Shown: one piece after another, positions 8,091 to 15,022 of the stretch
Layout: every line of letters begins with the position of its first letter
Numbering within the stretch: position 1 is the stretch's first letter
Assembly (NCBI GenBank): GCA_021399395.1
Contig: JAAFKJ010000098.1
Location: 1 to 15,022, forward strand
Length of the DNA: 15,022 bases
Origin: Candidatus Heimdallarchaeota archaeon
GTDB taxonomy: Archaea; Asgardarchaeota; Heimdallarchaeia; Heimdallarchaeales; Heimdallarchaeaceae
Direction of reading: 5' to 3'
The notes under the pieces: model-generated
Told to the model about the DNA's origin: nothing
Seen by the model: the letters and a program-made list of their open reading frames with translations, nothing else
Database searches by the model: none
Position numbers and translations under genes: made by a program

Positions 8091-9272
8091 TTAACAATAT
8101 TTGAGTGGTGTTTGAACTTCTCCAGGTGTTCTTGTTTTCAAAGGATCCATAGTTTTACACTCCATCAAAACTACATCTTCTTCAAAGATGAATCTACCCA
8201 TTTTATCTAATTGATTTTTTACTTCTTCCAATAGTTCTTTTGATAGCTTTTCCAGAAGGAAGAATTTTATTATTGGTTTTTTGCTACTTATGAAATCCCA
8301 GATACCTTTGACTTTCCCATTAATCAATATCGTAGTTGTAGCATTTCCAGATCGATCAAAGATGTAATCATAGAATTTTTGGTTTACATATCTTGTTCGT
8401 TCTTTATATCCCATCATATAAGGATCTAAATCGGGAAGAAGATTGATAATCGCTTGATCAGGAATAGCTGTTTGAGCAAGTCTTTCCAAGTCTCTAGTAA
8501 GCATATACTGAGGGTTAAGAAGCCCTTTGGGGTCTATCGGGTTCTGGGTCGCATAATCCTTCAGTTTTTCAAGTGCGATTCTCGTTTCTGTTATAGTAAA
8601 ACCGGCCCACCATGCAATATCCTTCAGTGTAACTGGTCCAAAACATTCCAGATAATACCTCACTAATTTCGTTCTACTTTCCTCTTCTGAATATTCTTCT
8701 AAATTCATATCTGGAAAATACTCTTCGAAAGCTGAGTAAGTGTGTCTTCTATCTCTCCAGCTTTTGATGGGTTTGTTCCTGATTATTTTGAACTGATCAC
8801 AGGCAAGATTTACCATCGCTGAAATATTTTCACTGCTGTTGAGTTCCTTCTTGATTTCTGAAACAGAGAGATTTCTACCTTCTAGAACTTTGAGAATGTC
8901 TTCTACTAGTTTCTGATACTTCATTTCAGATACACCTAGATTGACTAGATAATCCACATGACGCTTTGCATGTTGTTTCTTCGTTGCTTGAATTATCCAT
9001 GGAACAAATTCCTTGTTATGTATGAAAACTGTCTTTCTAATGCATCGGATTTTTCCAAGATTTTTCTTGACATATGCTTCTTCATCAAGTTGATTTCTAG
9101 AAAAATTATCTATGCGATTAAATAATGACAGATAAGGAGTTGTTTGACTTGTACTATGCAATCCTCCAATATCTCTCGTAACAATCATAATGTTACTCGT
9201 TTTCGATTCAGCTGTAAGGTGCTGTTTATGAAGGATATATCGATTTATTTGTTCTATAGAGAACTTTTCCAT
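8091..9272 (-). CDS. HTH_42 / AlkZ-family DNA glycosylase (winged-helix DNA-binding domain protein)
   Basis: Family motifs IGGLHSTSQTTPYLSLFNR, RCIRKTVFIH, LVRYYLECFGPVTLKDIAWWAGF, LLPDLDPYMMGYKER and ILINGKVKGIW. The 393-aa length is typical. Confidence 0.85.
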   Translation of the reverse strand: MEKFSIEQINRYILHKQHLTAESKTSNIMIVTRDIGGLHSTSQTTPYLSLFNRIDNFSRNQLDEEAYVKKNLGKIRCIRKTVFIHNKEFVPWIIQATKKQHAKRHVDYLVNLGVSEMKYQKLVEDILKVLEGRNLSVSEIKKELNSSENISAMVNLACDQFKIIRNKPIKSWRDRRHTYSAFEEYFPDMNLEEYSEEESRTKLVRYYLECFGPVTLKDIAWWAGFTITETRIALEKLKDYATQNPIDPKGLLNPQYMLTRDLERLAQTAIPDQAIINLLPDLDPYMMGYKERTRYVNQKFYDYIFDRSGNATTTILINGKVKGIWDFISSKKPIIKFFLLEKLSKELLEEVKNQLDKMGRFIFEEDVVLMECKTMDPLKTRTPGEVQTPLKYC

Positions 9273-9426
9273 ATATTAGGTTAAGTTGAGAGATATTTAT
9301 TATTTTTCTGTTGAGTTTTCCAAATTTAGATGTGTAAATATGAATCGTGAAGATAGGATGATTGAAGAAGAATTTAGAAAACATCAAAAATGCAAAGAAA
9401 TTGAAAGAAATAGTAGAAAAGTAGTC

Positions 9427-9885
9427 TTATCCATTCTTTTCAAACTCTAACAACCATTTCTTACGATCTAATCCCCCTCCATAACCTACAAGTTCTCCAT
9501 CACTACCAATTACTCTATGGCAGGGGATGATTATACTCACAGGATTCTTTCCATTGGCATTTCCTACAGCTCTAACAGCTGTTTCCTTGCCTATTCTAGA
9601 AGCAAGATCTTTGTAAGAAATAGTCTCTCCATAAGGGATTTTGAGAAGTTCCAACCAAACCTTTTGTTGGAATTCTGTTCCAGCTGGTGCTATAAGGAGG
9701 TTAAACTGTTTCCTTTCTCTTTGGAAATATTCATCTGTTTGAGCTAGAGCTCTAGCTAGTACATCAGGTAAATCGGTTGTACAACCTTCTTTTTCAACGA
9801 AATTACAGCTATAAATGAATGTGTCATCACTTGTGATTTCTATAAAACCTATTGGAGAATCATAGTATGCTCTATATGTGTTCAT
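9427..9885 (-). CDS. ogt: Methylated-DNA--protein-cysteine S-methyltransferase
   Basis: YDSPIG, GTEFQQKVW, IPYGETISY, AVRAVGNANGKNP, active-site PCHRV, GYGGG, KKWLLEFE. Confidence 0.97.
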   Translation of the reverse strand: MNTYRAYYDSPIGFIEITSDDTFIYSCNFVEKEGCTTDLPDVLARALAQTDEYFQRERKQFNLLIAPAGTEFQQKVWLELLKIPYGETISYKDLASRIGKETAVRAVGNANGKNPVSIIIPCHRVIGSDGELVGYGGGLDRKKWLLEFEKNG

Positions 9886-10072
9886 TACCTCATCTCTTAG
9901 AGCAATATTTGATATCCTTTTTTAATTGTTCTTATTTTCCTAAAATAACTTCTTGTGCTATTCCTTTGTTCCAAAGAGGTTAACCATCTTCTACGCTTAT
10001 TCTCTTAAAAACTATTGAGGCTACAAAACGTTTTTATAAACCTTAGATTATTTCAGCTCGGTGAAATTAAAA

Positions 10073-10306
10073 GTGGCATCAGCTTACATTTTAATAAATT
10101 GCGAGATAGGCGAAGAAAGCAGCGTTATGACTCAACTCAAGGACATGCCGAACGTAAGTGAAGTACACATCGTTTACGGCGTTTATGATCTTATTGCTAA
10201 GATTGAGGCAGAAGATACTGACTCTTTGAAAAAGATAGTTACAGAGAACCTCAGAGTCTTGGAAAAAGTACGATCAACCATGACCATGATTTGTGTCGAT
10301 CAATAA
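10073..10306 (+). CDS. Stand-alone Lrp/AsnC ligand-binding (RAM) domain protein
   Basis: AYILINCEIGEE...VSEVHIVYGVYDLIAKIEA...VRSTMTMI, with no HTH. GTG 10073 is preferred over track start 10061 because GGTGA (10060-10064) then serves as the RBS. TATA-like TTTTTATAAA at ~10031-10040 and a T-rich tract after the stop. Confidence 0.9.
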   Translation: MASAYILINCEIGEESSVMTQLKDMPNVSEVHIVYGVYDLIAKIEAEDTDSLKKIVTENLRVLEKVRSTMTMICVDQ

Positions 10307-10413
10307 TCCTTTTTTCCTTTCTTTCTTCCTTTCTTAGTCCTTAGTTTTTTTATTAATTCTAGTATTTCCGCTTATATTCTTGTATCTTTGTTTTGAATCT
10401 AGAATGAGAAATT

Positions 10414-10683
10414 CTATATATTTTTCAGTTTTTCTAATAAATTATTTACTTGATCTTCGAATTCGCTAGGATTTGATACATTCCTTAAGAAGAATTCTAG
10501 AGGTTCTATTGCTTTTTTATCCTCAAATTCCCCTATAGCATCAATTAAGTTATAACTAGAAAAAATTAATGATTCCATTTCTAAAAGTAGGAGAGAAAGA
10601 AATCTAGAGCATATTCTGTTCTATCTCCTAATAATTTGTTTAGATAATATTCCAGTAAAGTATTATAATCTGATCCTAATTTT
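10414..10683 (-). pseudogene. Degraded gene or short ORF with a HEAT/PBS-lyase-like repeat
   Basis: ORF 10578..10414 (54 aa) reads MESLIFSSYNLIDAIGEFEDKKAIEPLEFFLRNVSNPSEFEDQVNNLLEKLKNI. A protein-like fragment, KLGSDYNTLLEYYLNKLLGDRTEYALDFFLSYF, lies just upstream in another frame. Confidence 0.4.
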
Positions 10684-10733
10684 TATTCAATTATTTTTAG
10701 ATTCTATATTTCTCATCTTTTAGGATTGTTCTT

Positions 10734-11600
10734 TTATTCAATTCCTTTTATTGGAAAGACTATACCATATTCATCAAAGTATTTTATTAACTCCAACTTC
10801 TCTATCCCCAGATCTTTTGCAAAATATTCTACCCCAACTATTGTAATATGTGAATTCAGATCATAGTCCTTGTATCCTGGAACACGACGTGTTACAATTG
10901 TCGGGCCAAGGAAATCATGTTTTACAGAGGAGGTTCCACTCAGCGGTAAAATGAAATCAACGATTTCACCATCACTTTTGGTTATTATTGCACCAAATTT
11001 CTTTACAAGTATATCAAGAAACATCCTCATTGGGAAAAATTCCTGTTTGATAGATTTTACTATATGGTTGTTAATGGAATCACACATCAATCCACGTATT
11101 TTCTGAATCCTTGTTTTATCTCTGTATGATGAAGGTCCTCTAAAAACAAACTTGCGGTCACAAAAATCACAAAATAAACGAGCTACTTCCTCATAAGGTG
11201 CTCTTTTTGCCAATTTCATCATATATTTCACGAGACCAACGCTATTCTCATCGTTCTCTTTGTCTTTTATAACCTCATAAGCTCGAACCAACTGTTGAAA
11301 TATCATAAGTTCTAATCTGTCATTAGGATACCTTGTTTGCGTGCTATCTATCTTCTTTAAGTAATATTCCAGTTTTTCTGAATTTCCTTTTATTATGTAA
11401 TAAATCATCATCTCAGTGTATACTGTAAACAGTTCTTTTCTTACTTCAGACAACGAATTGGATTTGTGGATTTTTGCGATATTCTCAATTAGTGCTTCAA
11501 CATTGCCTTCTTCATCGTTTTCAAGCAAGTTTATAATTTCCTTTCTAACTCTCTTTGCTTCATTTATAGTTTTGATCTTTTCTGGTTGATTCTGAATCAA
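10734..11600 (-). CDS. Hypothetical protein: helical (TPR-like) N-terminal region and HicA-like C-terminal domain
   Basis: 288-aa ORF with a TTG start and a good RBS (GAGGTGA) just upstream. Amphipathic helices in the N-terminal part. The C-terminal pattern is described in findings. The domain calls are tentative. Confidence 0.7.
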   Translation of the reverse strand: MIQNQPEKIKTINEAKRVRKEIINLLENDEEGNVEALIENIAKIHKSNSLSEVRKELFTVYTEMMIYYIIKGNSEKLEYYLKKIDSTQTRYPNDRLELMIFQQLVRAYEVIKDKENDENSVGLVKYMMKLAKRAPYEEVARLFCDFCDRKFVFRGPSSYRDKTRIQKIRGLMCDSINNHIVKSIKQEFFPMRMFLDILVKKFGAIITKSDGEIVDFILPLSGTSSVKHDFLGPTIVTRRVPGYKDYDLNSHITIVGVEYFAKDLGIEKLELIKYFDEYGIVFPIKGIE

Positions 11601-11769
11601 TTTATCACCTCAATTGAAGTAAGAATCTACTTAATGTTCCAACTTAACAATAAAAGATTGTTTTTCAATTTAAAAACCTATTTCCGAATTTTTCATCATG
11701 CTTCATGAAAAACCTCTAATTATTCTTTACAGTCAAAACTTTTTTAATTGTTTCAACTTATCTTGATGT

Positions 11770-11960
11770 GATAACAATGTCAATCCCTGTGCTTTGCTTA
11801 TAGGTTCATGCGAGGTGAACTCGCGCTAATATTTCTAATGATCTGGAGTAGTAGCGGGTAGCTTACATTGTTGTCGGTTTCTTTCAGTTTTATTTCTGAA
11901 TCGAGTCTTATCAACAATTTTCTTACTTCTGCTACTCTTTCAGAGCTAAGTTAATCACAG
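11770..11960 (+). ncRNA. Putative structured RNA (leader or stand-alone ncRNA), family not recognised
   Basis: Closing stem 11787-11800/11947-11960 (12 of 14 positions pair), hairpin GCGAG-GUGAA-CUCGC at 11810-11824, and a ~100-nt imperfect hairpin at 11842-11944. Many G-U pairs favour the + strand. TATA-like TTTTAATT at ~11742-11749. Confidence 0.55.
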
Positions 11961-12008
11961 CATTTCCGAAACTAATAAAACAACACATGAGAAATAAGAG
12001 GTGAAATA

Positions 12009-12998
12009 ATGAGTACTAATCGCTATACCAAACTTAAATGGTATAGATTCAATATCGCAAGAAGAATAAGAAATCTTGAAGGAGAAGAACTAATAGCTGA
12101 GTTAGAGGATATTATCGAAGATATCAAGGAGAAAAAGCTCGACAAATTAGGTGTTTTCAAGATTCAGCTTCAAGAATTAGAGAACATGATTGCTGAGTTA
12201 AAAGAAAAACCTAAAGCTAAAGGACGTCAGTATGATCCTTTTTATATTCCAATTTCTGGAGATGGTCGCATTGCTCTTTTTGGTCTTTCTAATGTTGGTA
12301 AGAGCACTCTGATGAATGCTATAACCAATACCGATGTCAAAACTGGAGCTTATCTTCACACTACTAGAGAGGCTCTTGCAGGAACTTGTGAATATGAAGA
12401 TATTCGCATTCAAATTGTAGACTTACCCGGGTTCTTGGATTTCAGAGAAGATTGGAATACCAGCAAGCAGATAGTTCGAGTCACTAGAACAAGTGATGCA
12501 ATAATGATGGTTATTGATCTTTCTATGGACATAGATCGACAATACAACTTCCTTATGAAACAGCTGGAAGATTCGAAATTGATAGTTAATGGTGAGACTC
12601 CTTACAAGCTTAGTATTATTGCAACTAAAGGAGACTTAGTAGGTTCCAAAGAACGTTATCAAGAACTTCTTTCTAAAACTGATCTACCTGTTTGTCCTAT
12701 AACTATTAAATCTGAAGAATCGCTTGAAAAACTCAGAGAGGCGCTCTTCCAACAGCTTGATGTAATCAGGGTTTATACCAAAAAACCCGGTGGAAGGGTG
12801 GAATATGGTAAGCCCTTTGTACTTCCAGAAGGTACCATCGTAGCTGATGTGACCAAGAGAATTCATACAAGTTTTCTTCAAAACTTCCGATATGGAAGAG
12901 TATGGGGAACATCTGTTGATCATGAAGGTCAACATGTTGGTCTTGAGCATGAGCTTGCAGACAAAGATGTTCTAGAGATAGTAGTTTCTAGAAAATAA
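12009..12998 (+). CDS. DRG/OBG-family GTPase with C-terminal TGS domain (short variant)
   Basis: G1 GLSNVGKS, G2 YLHTT, G3 DLPG, G4 TKGD. The TGS region reads IRVYTKKPG...RVWGTSVDHEGQHVGLEHELADKDVLEI. RBS GAGGTGA at 11998-12004. Confidence 0.92.
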   Translation: MSTNRYTKLKWYRFNIARRIRNLEGEELIAELEDIIEDIKEKKLDKLGVFKIQLQELENMIAELKEKPKAKGRQYDPFYIPISGDGRIALFGLSNVGKSTLMNAITNTDVKTGAYLHTTREALAGTCEYEDIRIQIVDLPGFLDFREDWNTSKQIVRVTRTSDAIMMVIDLSMDIDRQYNFLMKQLEDSKLIVNGETPYKLSIIATKGDLVGSKERYQELLSKTDLPVCPITIKSEESLEKLREALFQQLDVIRVYTKKPGGRVEYGKPFVLPEGTIVADVTKRIHTSFLQNFRYGRVWGTSVDHEGQHVGLEHELADKDVLEIVVSRK

Positions 12999-13079
12999 TC
13001 TAGAACTCTTCTCCAATCTTTTTTAATGTCATTTTCTGTCCACATGTTTTAAAATGTGAAAAGTCTATATATATTCGGT

Positions 13080-14528
13080 ATGACTTCTATTACACTACAT
13101 GGAGCTGTTGGAGAAATCGGAGGGAATAAGATTCTAATTGAAACTGGTTCAACAAAACTCTTCTTTGATTTTGGTCTTAGTTTCGGCAAATTCGGTGAGT
13201 ATTTTACTCCTTATTTACAACCAAGAAGATGGAGTTTCGTCAAGGATTATATGAGTCTAGGTTTACTACCTGATTTAACTGGTCTTTATCGTCAAGATTA
13301 CGAAAAACGTTTTAGAGAGAGTACTAAAGAACCGAAATATGATGGTGTGGTTTTATCTCATCCTCATTTAGATCATGCTGGCTTTGTTTCTTATCTTAGA
13401 CCTGATATACCTGTCCACTGTTCTCCAGGTTGTAAAGGTATTCTAGAAGCTTTTGAGGCAACATCTTGGGGTTTTCATGAATATACTCACATTAAGGAAG
13501 CTTTCAAATTTAGGCCTGGTAAACGAGATGCTACAAAGATGGTAAAAGACAGAAATAGTGTCATTCCTCGAGAAATATGTAAATTCAAACCTTCTTTCAA
13601 AATTGATGATTTCACCATTCATACTTACCCTGTAGATCACTCTGCTCCTGGATCAAATTCCTTTGTGATTGAAACTACTGAAGGAAATATTGTCTATACT
13701 GGGGATATAAGATTCCATGGAAGAAAGGGGAATTTCAGCGATTTCTTTGTAGAGAAAGCTAAAACATTTGATCCTGTTCTAATAATTACCGAAGGAACAA
13801 ATATTGATTCACCTACTGCTTTTGGGGAGCTAGATTTACAACAAGCTCTTTTTCCATTAATTGATGAAATTACTGGTTTGGTAATAGTAAACTTCCCAGT
13901 AAGAGATTTCGACAGAATGAGATCATTTATCGAAGCAGCTAAACAAACAGATCGCTCTCTAATTATCAGTTTAAGACAAGCTTATACACTCAGGAAACTT
14001 GAAGAAAATGGTGTCACTAACATCCCAAGGGTGGATGAAGTGGGCATATTTGTACCAAAGAAAGGTTGGGGAGTTCATAATGATATTAACTATCCTATAG
14101 AAATCCAAATGCAAGATTATCAATCTTGGGAAAATGAATTCATTGAACATGATAATAGTGTTACAGCTGATGATATCATAGAAAATCCAGACAAATACAT
14201 CTTCCGATGCGATTTTTCAGAATTGAAGTATCTCTTTGATATTCAACCTCCAAAGGGTTCGATATACATCCGTTCTGTAACTGAACCTGTTGACGAAGAG
14301 ATGGAACTAGACCAAAGAAAAGCTGACAACTGGTTAAAGTTTTTTGGACTCTATCCCTATAAACAACTTCACTGCTCAGGTCATGCTTCAGGTTATGATT
14401 TACAAGAGATGATAAAGAAGATCAATCCTAAGAGTGTTATGCCTATCCATACAGAGAAACCAGCTGATTTCAGTAACTTACATGGTAACGTAATTCTGAG
14501 TAAACTAGGCGAAATACATAATCTCTAA
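13080..14528 (+). CDS. MBL-fold beta-CASP nuclease (RNase J-like)
   Basis: GAVGEIGGNKI, DFG, SHPHLDH, VDHS, YTGDIRFHG, ITEGT, HCSGHAS and PIHTE motifs. ATG 13080 is preferred over track GTG 13056, with TATA-like TTTTAAAA at 13047-13054. Confidence 0.9.
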   Translation: MTSITLHGAVGEIGGNKILIETGSTKLFFDFGLSFGKFGEYFTPYLQPRRWSFVKDYMSLGLLPDLTGLYRQDYEKRFRESTKEPKYDGVVLSHPHLDHAGFVSYLRPDIPVHCSPGCKGILEAFEATSWGFHEYTHIKEAFKFRPGKRDATKMVKDRNSVIPREICKFKPSFKIDDFTIHTYPVDHSAPGSNSFVIETTEGNIVYTGDIRFHGRKGNFSDFFVEKAKTFDPVLIITEGTNIDSPTAFGELDLQQALFPLIDEITGLVIVNFPVRDFDRMRSFIEAAKQTDRSLIISLRQAYTLRKLEENGVTNIPRVDEVGIFVPKKGWGVHNDINYPIEIQMQDYQSWENEFIEHDNSVTADDIIENPDKYIFRCDFSELKYLFDIQPPKGSIYIRSVTEPVDEEMELDQRKADNWLKFFGLYPYKQLHCSGHASGYDLQEMIKKINPKSVMPIHTEKPADFSNLHGNVILSKLGEIHNL

Positions 14529-15022
14529 CGGAAGCAAGTTAGAAATCTTCCGCCATCTATACTCACTGTTTCACCAGTTATCCATAATGCTTTATCTGAA
14601 GCAAGGAATAATATCAAATCAGCAATCTCATCTGGTGTTCCTACTCTTCCTAATGGATGAGTAGTTCTACTGTGTTCTAGAAATTCTTCATATCTTGTAT
14701 CACTCATCCCACTTTCTTTGTGCAAGCTAGTTATTACTACACCGGGATTAACTGCATTTACTCTTACACCAAATTCTGCTAATTCTAAAGCAGAACATCT
14801 TGTTAGATGATCAAGCCCTGCTTTGCTAACACAATAAGCTAAGATATTTGGAAAAGCTCTCACACCAGTTACACTTGAGACATTCACAACATTTCCTTTA
14901 CTTTCCTTGAGAAAAGGTAGAGCTGTTTGCATTAGAAGAAATACTGATCTTAAGTTGATATCCATCATATAATCGAATTCGTGAATTGGTGTATTCATGA
15001 TATTTCCAGACCGGAGTATCCC
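14525..15022 (-). CDS. Classical SDR family oxidoreductase (5' end outside the window)
   Basis: The frame stays open to the window edge (GILRSGNI precedes the track Met). Motifs NVSS, catalytic YCVSK, GVRVNAVNPG, PLGRVG, ITGETVSIDGG. The stop overlaps the convergent nuclease stop by 4 nt. Confidence 0.95.
   Translation of the reverse strand, partial: GILRSGNIMNTPIHEFDYMMDINLRSVFLLMQTALPFLKESKGNVVNVSSVTGVRAFPNILAYCVSKAGLDHLTRCSALELAEFGVRVNAVNPGVVITSLHKESGMSDTRYEEFLEHSRTTHPLGRVGTPDEIADLILFLASDKALWITGETVSIDGGRFLTCFR

Noticed and set aside
11785-11845. Superficial similarity to T-box (GGUGGNACCGCG), TPP and fluoride riboswitch words
   Set aside because: Only short partial word matches; the required flanking conserved elements are absent.
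11836-11950. Possible Asgard eukaryote-like SECIS (AUGA at 11838) or C/D box RNA
   Set aside because: There is no correctly placed opposing GA for the non-Watson-Crick quartet, the helix is far too long, and no neighbouring gene needs UGA readthrough. No proper RUGAUGA/CUGA spacing is present.
11799-11951. Minus-strand open stretch LSSERVAEVRKLLIRLDSEIKLKETDNNVSYPLLLQIIRNISASSPRMNL over the structured element
   Set aside because: There is no start codon at its 5' end (only an internal TTG) and no RBS. The G-U-rich pairing is better explained by a + strand RNA. A gene remnant cannot be fully excluded.
1262-13640. Short track ORFs 1262-1519, 2440-2637, 6679-6903, 7891-8076, 8454-8666, 9517-9747, 10870-11106, 12198-12413, 12684-12950 and 13443-13640
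   Set aside because: All lie antisense or out of frame within well-supported genes and show no recognisable motifs, so they are treated as shadow ORFs.
1-15022. CRISPR array, tRNA/rRNA, IS or integrase
   Set aside because: No regularly spaced repeats, cloverleaf or rRNA-like GC-rich tracts, transposase motifs or terminal inverted repeats were seen. The beta-CASP nuclease has no cas or defence genes beside it in this window.

Overview
AT-rich archaeal window, inferred to be Asgard and plausibly Heimdallarchaeia-like. The inference rests on TATA-type promoters, GAGGTGA ribosome-binding sites, oligo-T terminators, a stand-alone Lrp RAM domain, a V4R/Bet3-like protein and a longin/uDENN-like domain. 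Gene order: partial arsC (-, absent from the ORF track); a 1452-aa surface protein; two tandem paralogous membrane-anchored proteins plus a remnant of a third; a small winged-helix + V4R gene pair; an AlkZ/HTH_42-type DNA glycosylase next to ogt; a stand-alone Lrp/AsnC ligand-binding protein; a HEAT-like gene remnant; a 288-aa hypothetical with a HicA-like C-terminus; a DRG-family TGS GTPase; a beta-CASP/RNase J-like nuclease; and a partial SDR. Two items stand out. (1) The 1452-aa protein looks like a single-pass receptor whose cytoplasmic domain resembles the folliculin/SMCR8 longin (uDENN) domain and keeps the putative GAP arginine finger (R1382), making it a candidate receptor-GAP for small GTPases. 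(2) A ~190-nt extensively base-paired, possibly switchable RNA lies upstream of the DRG GTPase. All family calls come from motif recognition by eye; no searches or folding programs were run.
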